Below are positions 53,077-64,000 of a stretch of DNA of 64,000 nucleotides, in pieces. The number at the start of each line of letters is the position of its first letter. The stretch's first letter is position 1. The notes beneath the pieces were generated by a model. That model searched no databases, had not been told where the DNA came from, and saw only the letters and a list, made by a program, of their open reading frames with translations. The DNA is taken from positions 6,841,814 to 6,905,813 of the forward strand of contig CM119264.1 of the NCBI GenBank assembly GCA_051294375.1, in the 5' to 3' direction. The position numbers were made by a program, and so were the translations under genes. This DNA comes from Paraspadella gotoi. Taxonomy: Eukaryota > Animalia > Chaetognatha.

Positions 53077-53254
53077 GTGTTGGCGATTTTGTTGCAAGTT
53101 TCCTAATTGTGACACTTACATGATTGATAAAGATGACAAAAATAAGGAAGGAAAAAAACTCTGTCGCGCTTTTGCCTGTCGTCACAATTGTACCTTCTAT
53201 ACTGATCTTGGATCGGCTCAGGTTTACAAGACTTCCATAATTCCAAAAAATTAA
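53077..53254 (+). CDS. Secreted MANSC/MANEC-domain protein, exon 2
   Basis: Acceptor ttattccag|. In phase it reads RCWRFCCKFPNCDTYMIDKDDKNKEGKKLCRAFACRHNCTFYTDLGSAQVYKTSIIPKN*. The spacing C-x3-CC-x4-C...C-x4-C-x3-C-x-F is the MANSC pattern. Not in the ORF track. Confidence 0.75.
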
Positions 53255-55660
53255 GTTTCTTGAGTTTTATTATTATTTGTCCGATGTATTACGTGTATTC
53301 CTTTCTAAAATCCGTAGATTTAAAAATTGTGTTAGTAGTTTGTAACCATTTCTTGTTTCACTGAAAATTTCTTTTTCTTTACTCTTCGTCTATATTATAT
53401 ATAGTGTATAATGTATATACGTATAAGTGTTCTCGGACTTAAAAATAAAAAAGTCTCGATATTTTTGTTAAATTTATTCTGGATATGTTTTTATATGTAA
53501 AATTTATATCTTTGACGTCCGATAAAAAAATGATTCAAAATAGATCAAAACAAGTTTGAGCAAACATCGAATTTGCCTACAATAATTTAGCTTATCAGCT
53601 AATAAGAGGATGTAATCATAAATATTTTAATTAAATGAAATATTGTAATATGTTTTGTGAATTTTGAAATTTTTGAATGATCACTACGTTCTACATTTTT
53701 TCACTTTTTTCTTTCTTTTCATAAGGAATTTTCTGTCAAAATAAGTTGTCTTTCTTTCTTTCTTTGTTTCTTTTTTCTATTTTACTAATCATATTGATTT
53801 TTTTTATTGTCTAACAGTAACATTAGTAACACACAGTAACACTAATGAATTAGCTTATCCCTCTCCATAACCCATAACCAAATCTCTATCCTAATTCATA
53901 ACCTAACCTCCTTCCTAATGTTTAAACATTAAACTTTAAACAATTAATTTAATTCAGAATTTTAGTATGAAATGGGGCTTGCATTTTGGAAAAATGTCCT
54001 TACGGTTGTAACCGTAATTAATACTTTTTTTTATTTATACACGAGAATTTTAAAAGGCAGTAAAAAAGGTTTTCTTCGTCAGATTACAACACTCTGAGCG
54101 AAAAATGCTTTTTAGGGCAGTAAAAAGTACAAAGACGATTTATTAGTCAAATATTTTTTATCTTTTTGCATTAACGTCATTATTTCAAGGCCAAAATAAT
54201 TTATCCCGCGGCATGAAGCCACAATAAAATTTTCCAGTCCTGATTTTACGATCTCGAATTGTTTTAACTGAAAACGCCTTTGAATTGTTGTCTCTTATAG
54301 TTGCTTTACCACAGACGTCATTTCGGCTCTCTGAAAGGTCATGGCAATTTCATGACAAGATCTTTACTCTGATCTTAAATTGTTCATCATTAGCCAATCA
54401 AAAGAACCTCAGTGATTTTTTTTTCCTTTTTGTCCCTCTCCATTTACATACATATTCCAGGATTAGGTTCCTGAATTAGTTACAGATGAAAGGTAAATAT
54501 TAGGGTTACAATTAATTTAGGGAACAGGAGAGCTCTTGAAAAAAAAAATTCTATTTCCTTATACTTGAAAAAAAAAAATCTCCACAACGCAGCTCCGCCC
54601 TTTCTTGATAGAATTTCCTTTTGTTGTTATAAATTTTTCACCTCCCCCCCTCTCCCTCCAGACCCACCACCTCCCGTTTAAGAGAAAACGGTTGCTGCCT
54701 CCGAAGCAGAATTCCTCGTTACTCCTTTCCATTCTTTTAATTACTTTTCGCTTAGAAAATCGGCGGCCGGATCCGAGAAGAGGAAAGAGAAAAGTGGGAA
54801 ATAATAAATATTGGGGCGAGGGTGGGGGGGGGATAGGATTTGCACTTAACCGAGAAAGTTATTAGCGGCCTCTTCTAGTTTCGCCTGCGGCTTCCGGAAA
54901 CAAGAACGACAACAACGAATATTTCCAACCACAGCAGCCGACAGCAACCTCGGCGCTCAAAACCGCTAATTATTTGCGTCTTTTCCAAGTCGAGGTGAGG
55001 CGAGGCGGCGCCAGCAGGCCAGCGGCGGCGCTGCCGGGCGGCGGCGGGGCTACAGAAGCGGCAACTGATTTCGCTGTTAAAGGCGCGAGGTTGATGATTG
55101 ATGACGCCGCGTAAGAAATGGATGACTGCCCTCGACGCCGCGACGACGACGACGGCGATGACGACGACGGCGACAACAGGAATGATTTTACGACGACGAC
55201 ATTGATGTTGTTGAAGACGTCATGCAGTGAACGACATATTTTATTAGTTCTTAACTTCTCACAATAGAAAAATCGTTATTAAAATATAAGAATATTTGTA
55301 TAGGTCCCAAGGTTAGGAATTTTTGTAAAAAACCTGATTTTCTGTTTTTTCAATATACATCTTAAAACATTGATAAGTATAAATAGTAGCATAGTGGAAA
55401 TGTTGATTTCGCATGAGATGACGAGAAACAACGACGACTTCGAGGACGGAGCCGACGACGACAACGACGACGACGACGACAACGACGACGACAACGACGT
55501 CTAATCTTTCTTATTTCTTTCTTTCACCTTCGCGCATTTGGAGTTTTTTTCCCGGCAAACGTGAGGTCAGAAACTCATAGTTCCGTTTTCATGGGTTTAT
55601 GCTCCCAGGTCAGCATTTTTTCTCGTCCATTTAACCGTAGAAAAATTACACCTGGTCTCT

Positions 55661-55747
<87 letters not shown>

Positions 55748-55926
55748 ATTTTCCCAGCCTTTTCCTTTATCCTTTTTTACTGTCTGTTTCGCTGTCTGGC
55801 TTTTTGTCAGTTTCTCGTTCTATCTCTCTGTCCCTCTCTTTCTCTTTCTCCAGCCCTCATCGCTCCACTTTTTCCTCCGCCTTTCTCTAACTCCCTCGTT
55901 CACTGTGTGTGTCTGCTCTCTCTCTT

Positions 55927-55998
<72 letters not shown>

Positions 55999-56350
55999 TT
56001 CACCTTTCTCGCTTGAAACGGAGCCAAGGTCAAAGGGTGAAGTTTTGAAAAGGAAATTATCTGATTGCCTTTTTTTGCAAAGCGCCTCTCGGGATTCGCG
56101 AGGACACGAGCTGAGTTTAGACAAAAGAGCAATGCTTTAGTTTTTTCAGGTATGTACAAACTACAAAGTACATGTACAAAAAAAATTGTACATATTACCT
56201 CAAAATAGTCCTTTTGTTTTTTTAACAGAACACTTTTGGATTTTTAGAATACAAAATGTATCATATCTCTTTGATTTTCTCTCTCCATCGCTTTTCTGTA
56301 AACTTCTCGGTCTGTCGGTTGTGCAGTACACAATGTTTACCTTTTTATCC

Positions 56351-56476
<126 letters not shown>

Positions 56477-57323
56477 CAAGAAGCATCTCATCCTTTTTTT
56501 TTTCTGTTTCATTTGCGGGTCTCTATTTGGCATTCCGTTCGAGTCGCAACCTTATCAAATCCGCCACCGTTTAATTCTTTAAGACGCTCGAGCTTCCTTT
56601 TTTTTTCTTTTTTAACAAAATGAAGGCCGTTGATTGGCTGAGATTTTTGCGAGAATTTCTCCGATTGGTTCTTATTTCCATTCCTTTTTCTCTCCGCTCC
56701 TTAGCGTTTTCTAAGGTTTTCCCCTCCCCTTTTTTTCCCTTTTTTTTTTCCTTATCAGTTTTACTATTCTATTCTTTTTTTCCTCTGTTCCGTTTTTTCT
56801 TCTACTTTTCTCTTTATTCCTCTCTTTTCTTTTCTTTTACTTTTCTCCTTTTTCCTCCCTTTTCCCGCGCCTTTTCCTCCGTGCCTTTGTTTTATGAGTC
56901 TCGAGTTGAAGGAGATCTGCTCGACCTTAGACCCTCGTTGTCATTGGAATTACTTTCCTTCTTTGTCCACTCTTTTGTCGCCTCCTTTTTGTCCACTCCT
57001 CTCTTTCATTGTCCTTCTCCGACTTTATTTCCACCTTCGTAGTTATATCCACGCCTCCCACTGATCCTTTATTCATTTTTTACCCCTCTCTCGCTTCTAC
57101 ATCAATTAACTCCATTTTATCCTTTATTTTCAACCTCTTTTTTCAATTAAATATTATCCACCGTAATCATCATCATTTTATAATGAAGCCACTTTACTGT
57201 TCGAAACTTATTAACAGCATCCATTTTGTATGAACATTCACCCCATTTTTTCCCATTCACTTCGAATACTTTGTTTCGATCTACCCATTCCTCCTCTATT
57301 TGAGTCCCCATTTGAGAACGATG

Positions 57324-57540
57324 ATTGGACAGAAAATCATCGCTGATTGGACAGCAGTCTTACTTAAATGTTTACATATCAAAGTACATCATTATTTCTC
57401 GCTTAGGTAATCTCTTTAAACTTTGAGCAACCAATAACAAGTACGCTTTAGCTTGGTCAACCAATAAAACAAAAAGTTGCAAGCGGCATTAAGAAGGCTT
57501 CGGCAAGCAAGCAAGCACTACGATTTAACGCATGGTAAGT
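57324..57540 (+). promoter_or_regulatory. Four-CCAAT-box promoter and a first exon ending ATG|GTAAGT
   Basis: ATTGG at 57324 and 57346, CCAAT at 57431 and 57461. ATG at 57532-57534 is immediately followed by a perfect GTAAGT donor. Downstream exons were not identified. Confidence 0.5.
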
Positions 57541-57722
57541 TAAAGACACAGTGATTCGTCACGAGCACAGAGATCCGTCCCCAGATGTTTCGTTGGAATC
57601 GAGCGAGATACACGTCGGACTTCGTTTTTCGGGACCAGATGCTACAATAACCTCCTTTCGGCCATCGGTTCGCAGCATCTTCATTTTCGGCCGAAAATTT
57701 GCCACAACGTGATTTCGCGGCA

Positions 57723-57757
<35 letters not shown>

Positions 57758-59339
57758 ATCGTCGACGTGACTCGGAAATTCAATTCCGACGAAGAAAAAT
57801 CGAAAGAAGATAAAAAAAAAAAAGAAAACAGAAAGAAAAACGCGGAGGCGTAGAGTCGAGAGAAAATCGAAAACCAGATGCGAAATAAAAAATATTCATA
57901 AAGGATTAATATCCATAAAAACAAAATAATATTATTATTTGAAGGGTCGAAATTTTCTTCTCATCTAAAGTTGGTGGAAGAGGAGGACAGACAGTAAAAA
58001 GAAAAATAAATTATTAAGCGAAAAGCGAAGAAATAAAAACGTGAAAGAAATTTGGAATCAAATTAAACTGAAATCATAAATAAGACGAATACTGGGTGCG
58101 TCGGTATGGGAAAGAATAAAGAAAAATGTATTTGACGCTGTGATAGAGAAGAGGCGATCTTGGTTGGAAAACATTCTTTTTGCGGATGAGTGCGATTGCG
58201 AAAGAAAGTTACCTAGGAACTTAATTTTTTTGGCGTTAAGATGAGAAAAAAAGTTGCTTAACTTTCGACTCGGATGCTTTTTTTCATATTTTTGTAATGG
58301 GTAGTCCCATATCTGAATCTAGGAACACGCATAAGAAAGTCACTGCGGCGCAACTCCTTCAACTCGCTGGTTCTTTTTAATTAAATCTAAAACGTTTCTT
58401 TACTTTCGACTCTATGATTTTTTTCCTCGCTAATTTGATTCGACATTATAATCGAGCTCGGCTTCGGGGAGACTTCCTGATCTGCTTTTCCATTTCCTTC
58501 CCTTCGATATCTTCACGTCAACATCAACAACAAATATATAAACATCCTTTTTTCGTAGTGATTTATCCATTACCTATTCTGGCTCGAAGGTAACTCTTCA
58601 CTTGTCAACCTTCGCCCACTCCTCCACCCCTCCACCACCAACCCACTCGAAACCACCTCCAACTCCACCCCCCCCCGAAACTCAAATGACAACGAGGGTG
58701 TCGGGGTCGCGCCGAGTCTGTCGTCGTCGGCGCCATAAAAATCCTCCATCAACTCGGTTTTCCCTCCACAAATAAAAACTAAGCACCCATCCAAACCCCT
58801 GAATCAAGTCTCTCGGGGGGAGGGGGGGGGCAAAGAACCTCGTTGTAACGAGATAATATTACCTTTTTTTTTTGTCGGAGAAGAGATTCCATTCCCTCGG
58901 TTCCATATAAGCGAAGAATTTTCTTGCGCTGGATTTCATGTTTTATCTCTATCATCGCTTTTTTTTCAATTTCCGTTTTTATCATGAATTTTTTTTTTGA
59001 GAAATTCTCAATGAGAATCATCTCTCTTCGCTTTCGTTCTCTATCTGGTTTCTGGTTTCGTTCTCATCGATTATCTGTTTGTTTTTTTTTTTGTTTTGTT
59101 TTTTTGTATAATCGATTAAGTGATTATTTTATCAGGCGATTGCTTTACTTTTGACTGTACTTGACTTTAAAAGGCGCATTTTAGATTCCTACTTTCTCTG
59201 TTGGTTGGTCAATGATCATCTACCATTTCAATTTCTTTATGCAATAAGTCTTTTGGGATGGAAAAATTAATTTAAGACTGTATTTTTCTGTTCTTATTTC
59301 CTATTTTTACTCTTTTCTACCTCTCTCTCTCTCTTTCTC

Positions 59340-59385
<46 letters not shown>

Positions 59386-60102
59386 TTTCTCTTTCACCAA
59401 ACCCTGTTCGTCCGACCAATGGGCATCAATTTTTTTTCAGCCACCTGCACCTGAGCTTTAACAAAAAGGTGGAAAAAGAGGGACATTGGGAAAGAGCTTT
59501 AAGGGGACGACGCATTTGATGAAAAAAGGCCATTAAAATGGTGGTCAGCAGTCTGGAGATGGGAGAAAACAGAAAAGGAGAAAGTAAAATTGAAGGGAAG
59601 AAAGGAATGAAAGGAAAGAGTAAACTGAAAAGATTATTTCGAAATAAGTATATGAAATTGGTACAATCAATGTAAATATCGGCAATACTACAATCAAGAA
59701 AAAAAATACAAGAGACAAAAATAAACTAATGCACTAAACATCTAAGCGCTCTTAGAGACATGATCTTAGGGAAAACTAGAAAAGAGTAATATGAATAAGA
59801 AAGACAAAAATAAATGATGACAATGGATAACAATCAATCTTAACTTTTTGGATGGATTCTTATAGAGCATAAAAAGTTGGATGGATTCTTATAGAGCATA
59901 AAAAGTTAAATGAAAAATAAAATTACAACTTTCAAAAATTTAAAAATTAATAAAAAGTACTAAAATTATCGAAATATGATGGTGATGATGATTATTAATA
60001 GTTTTTCATTGTGTTTTTTTTTCCTTTCTGTTTCGTTTGTGATTTGATTAGAACAAAGTTTGAAGAGAGATTTAACAACGATTTTATTTTCATAGTGAAA
60101 CG

Positions 60103-60136
60103 GACATGTTTCGACTCACATACGAGTCTTCTTCAG
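60103..60136 (-). ncRNA. Minimal type I hammerhead ribozyme (left pLTR arm)
   Basis: Minus strand ggcg-CUGAAGA-A-GACUC-guaugu-GAGUC-GAAA-CAUGUC^cguu. Confidence 0.85.
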
Positions 60137-60304
60137 CGCCAATTCAATTTGTGAATTTGAGAGAATTTTGTGCATAAAGAAAGAGAGAGAGAGAGAGAGA
60201 GACAGAAAAGTTTCCAACACAGAGTTTGAGAGAAAGGATAGTGTTCAGTTTTTTATTAGGGACAGGTGAAGGTGAGGACAGAGATAGTTTGTGAAAAGAA
60301 ATTG

Positions 60305-60344
<40 letters not shown>

Positions 60345-60774
60345 TGCCTTAAAATATATTACATTATGAAATGTACAACAATGTTAAAATTTGGTAAACT
60401 TTAATAATGAATAATATCAACAATTAGCTACAGTAATAAATTAGTGAAATGAAATAGAAGTTCAGAAATGTGAAATATTTATTGTTAGTGAGGGATAGCT
60501 AAGTAATTAGGAAAAGGGAAATTTCAAGTAATAAGAAAGAGCTCAAAAATGAGCTGGCCCCCCTTGGCTCATTTTTGAGTCTTTCTTATTACTTGAAATT
60601 TCTCCTTTTCCTAATTACTTAGCTATCCCTCACTAACAATAAATATTTCACATTTCTGAACTTCTATTTCATTTCACTAATTTATTACTGTAGCTAATTG
60701 TTGATATTATTCATTATTAAAGTTTACCAAATTTTAACATTTTGTACATTTCATAATGTAAATATTTTAAGGCA

Positions 60775-60814
<40 letters not shown>

Positions 60815-60985
60815 CAATTTCTTTTCACAAACTATCTCTGTCCTCACCTTCACCTGTCCCTAATAAAAAACTGAACACTATCCTTTCTCTCAAACTCTGT
60901 GTTGGAAACTTTGCTCTGTCTCTCTCTCTCTCTCTCTCTTTCTTTATGCACAAAATTCTCTTCAAATTCACAAATTGAATTGGCG

Positions 60986-61020
60986 CTGAAGAAGACATCG
61001 TATGTGAGTCGAAACATGTC
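60986..61020 (+). ncRNA. Minimal type I hammerhead ribozyme (right pLTR arm, sense to the Penelope ORF)
   Basis: CUGAAGA-A-GAC(a)UC-guaugu-GAGUC-GAAA-CAUGUC, with one extra A in stem II relative to the left arm. The predicted cleavage site is 92 nt upstream of the ATG. Confidence 0.8.
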
Positions 61021-61112
61021 CGTTTCACTATGAAATAAAAATCGTTGTTAAATCCTCTCTTCAAACTTTGTTCTAAATCAAATCACAACGAAACAGAAAG
61101 GAAAAAAACACA

Positions 61113-63680
61113 ATGTCTAACCACCAAATCTCTCTGTCCCACGAAAGCGCTAATAAACAACTGTCCCACGTCACAAAAGCAATCTCTAGATGGTCAAACC
61201 ATCTTTCACTTCTCTCTCTCATGTCGGAAATATGACGTCATCCCAGACGCCATCCAAGTGCGAAACAATATCACAGGAGAAAAGGCCCTACGGATATCGA
61301 ACGCGCAAAACGCAGCCTCTCTACAAACTTCATCGATCGTTGTCTATGCCAACCTGACGCGGCTCCGCTCGGAACAGCGACGTCTTCAAGAGGCGCTGGG
61401 CCGCCTTCTAGCTCCTGAAGATCTCATCTCCTGGCGCCAACGCATCGAAGATGACGCCGCCGAAACTTTCGGGCGACAAGGCAGCGTCAAAAGACGAAAT
61501 TGGTTACCTACGGCAGCGTCATGCCCACGACAAACTCGTCAAGGATAGGCGAATCCGGCAACGAAACGAATTGTTCCGGCTGGACAGACGATGAAATCCG
61601 AGCTGCACAAGAACGATGGCTCGTCAATGTTCCTCTTATACTTTGAACAATGACGAAGATTCTGTACTCCGTGAGGCTCATTCTTTGTTCCAACCCCTAT
61701 TATATTACCTGCTATTGACCTCATTGTCGGTGTAGAGACAGGAGGCGAGACTCCTGGATCAGCAGCCCGAAGCGGCGGCTACCCTTCGGGCGGCGGCGGC
61801 GCGATGCTCAACGCAAAAAGAGCTCCGCCCCGCCAAATGTCGGAAAAAGTGAACGCAAGGCCATTGCTCACTCAAAATGCAATCAGGCAATCATGGTTCA
61901 TCCCGCGGACAAGGAAGAGCTGCGGTGGTCATGGACGCCCATGACTACAAAAACAAAGTCCGAAAAATGATGGCAGATCGGCAAACCTACCATCTATTGC
62001 CAAAGGATCCAACTCTAGCTTACAGAGCTCGGATTCAGACCGTAACGAAAAGATACGTGAGTACTGTCCCCCGTCAGTATTTCACAGAGTCAATCCTGAC
62101 TCTACGCAGCCTCCTTTGTTCTTCGGTCAGCCGAAGGTACATAAGCCCGTTTACCATTACGCCCGATCGTATCAGCCCGCAATTCCATTTTTAATGGAAT
62201 GACGAAGGAGTTGGGGCGCATCCTCACTCCGCTCGTTGGTAATCAACACCACCTCCGGAACTCTGTTGATCTGACGGAAAAGCTGCAGCATATTATAGTC
62301 CCGATACTCATCTCTTGGTCTCGTGTGATTTAAAGAGCATGTTTAAAAATATTCCCCAAGAATTGGCGTTACAATCAGCAGAACGCCGCTTGAGGGGGAA
62401 GACCGGCAATTACACGAGCGTACGCCAATCCAATTGGATGACATCATGGCACTGCTACGGCTCGACCTGGAAATGGCGTACTTCAGGTTCGATGGACAGT
62501 ACTACGCCCAGCCTGGTGGCTTAGGGATGGGCAAGTCGACATCAAGTCCTCTGGCAGATTTCTATATGGAGGACTATGAGGTGGAAGCTTTGTCCTCTTT
62601 TCGATCGTTGCATGGGGCAGAGTCAATCCTCTTCTGGTATCGGAAAGCAGACGATACCATTCCTGGCCGTGAGACGAGACCTCATTGAGGATCTCCTGAA
62701 TCACCTGAATGGGATTCATGTGAGTATTAAGTGGAATGTGAGGAAGAGGAGAATGGGTCAATTCCAATGCTCGATGTGCTTATACAGCGCAAAGAGGGCG
62801 GCTCATTGGAATTTTCAGTATATCGCAAACCGACGCACACAGACCAATACATTCCCTTTGACCTCATGCCGCCTTATCTTCACAAGCTTGCCACGGTCAG
62901 GTCCTTACCAGGAGAGCAGCATTGATTCCGTCGACACCCCGAGCTTCAGGCCGCCGAGCTTGAGCACGTCAAAAGAGCCTTGCGATCAATGGTTACCCAT
63001 TGTGGGCCTTCGAGAGGGCTAGGTACCGGCCGTCTGTTGGAGGGCAGTGGCCACCTAGGGGCTGCCCAAGTAGCCGCTGATGCAGTTTTCTACCTCCGTC
63101 CCCCAGGAGGAGAAAGGGAGCTTGCGGCTGAAGTGCCTACCGCGCCACCACCAGCGCAATTGGAAGATAAGCAGAAGCGCCAAAGAACGTGGGTCACTTG
63201 TCCCTCCCCTACCACCAGGGGATCACTGAGTCATTGGTGCGGGTGCTAGCAAAGCAGGGGATCTTCACCTCAGTGACGGCCCGCGGCTCTCTGCGTGAGC
63301 TATTGGTGAAACCGAAAAGATAAAATCCCCAGACCGAAACATCAGGAGCGTCTATTGGCGGCCTGTGCAGGGGCGGGCAACCAAGCCTGCACAGCAGCAT
63401 ACGTGGGCGAGACAGGAAAGTCTCTAACAGACGATTCCAGCAGCATACGAGACCCTATCGTGACGCTAGAGGCCACTACCTATCTGCTATAGCCGAACAC
63501 ACGGCTAATACTGGCCATCTATTCAGAGAATCGAGACTGTCTCGTGCTGTCCCATGACCCAAGCTGGTTTTCAAGAGGTATTAGAGAGGCAATCTACATC
63601 AAAGCCCTCGAGCCCTCTTTGAACCGTGATGAGAGACGATTCGATCTCCCTCCAAGCTATGATTCGTTATCAAAAGCGTG
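61113..63680 (+). mobile_element. Penelope-like retroelement ORF (reverse transcriptase + GIY-YIG endonuclease), multiply frameshifted
   Basis: Motifs occur in order across frames: N-terminal SRWSNHL/HFSLSCRKYDVIP; PADK/GRAAVVMDAHDYKNK..DRQTYHLLPKDPT; FFGQPKVHK..PLRPIVS; LVSCDLKSMFKNIP; YFRFDGQYYAQPGGLGMG..SSPLADFYME; WYRKADDT; IPMLDVLI..FSVYRKPTHTDQY. GIY-YIG region: VYW..CTAAYVGETGKSL..RFQQH..SAIAEH..RGIREAIYIKALEPSLNRD. The element probably continues past the window end. Confidence 0.93.
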
Positions 63681-64000
63681 GTGGAGGCCCCGTCTCCACC
63701 ACGTCCGCACAATGATTCCCCCATCTCCACTCAACGAGAATAGGCGGAGACCCTTGCGCAGGCAATGGGCAGACGATACCTCTCCTTCAACTGCAGCAAC
63801 TCATTCCTCCTCTGTGGACTGAGCGCCGCCCAAAGCGACGGCTGCAGGAGGAAGGGGGGAGGCCACCACTCTGTCGCGAAGTGGCAAGAATGGACAGCCG
63901 CCCACCTCGCCAGCAGGCAAGAAGAGGGCAGTCGGCAGGCGTACCAGGCCAGAGAGACATCCGAGTAGCCTTTGGTTTCTTCCCGCAAGGAAGTCTTCCC

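Larger units (their letters stand above)
60007..61115. repeat. 1.1-kb palindrome: inverted pair of Penelope pseudo-LTRs
   Basis: Arms 60007-60554 and 60567-61115 are reverse complements apart from a few 1-nt indels. The spacer is 12 nt (TGGCCCCCCTTG). The right arm ends exactly at the element's ATG. Confidence 0.9.

Overview
AT-rich, microsatellite-dense animal (invertebrate-type) genomic DNA from an imperfectly polished draft assembly. It is not prokaryotic: introns are spliceosomal and there is no CRISPR array. Most ORFs in the supplied track are translations of simple repeats. Genes I could reconstruct: a 3-exon fukutin-like (LicD) gene (minus, 680-3035, apparent single-base frameshifts); an MGAT4/GnT-IV gene (minus, five phase-consistent exons 25068-27505, 5' end uncertain); a small secreted peptide-precursor-like gene (44334-44576); and a 2-exon secreted stand-alone MANSC/MANEC-domain gene (52430-53254). 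The right end holds a frameshifted Penelope-like retroelement (RT + GIY-YIG). It is preceded by a 1.1-kb palindrome made of two inverted pseudo-LTRs, each carrying a minimal hammerhead ribozyme. Related hammerheads with covarying stem II recur across the window, mostly inside short fold-back mini-elements, one of them in the MANSC gene intron. A 2.6-kb non-autonomous hAT-like element (8-bp TSD) is present in one of two duplicated copies of a region and absent from the other. Three duplications flank 25-N gaps and look like gap-filling or haplotype artefacts.
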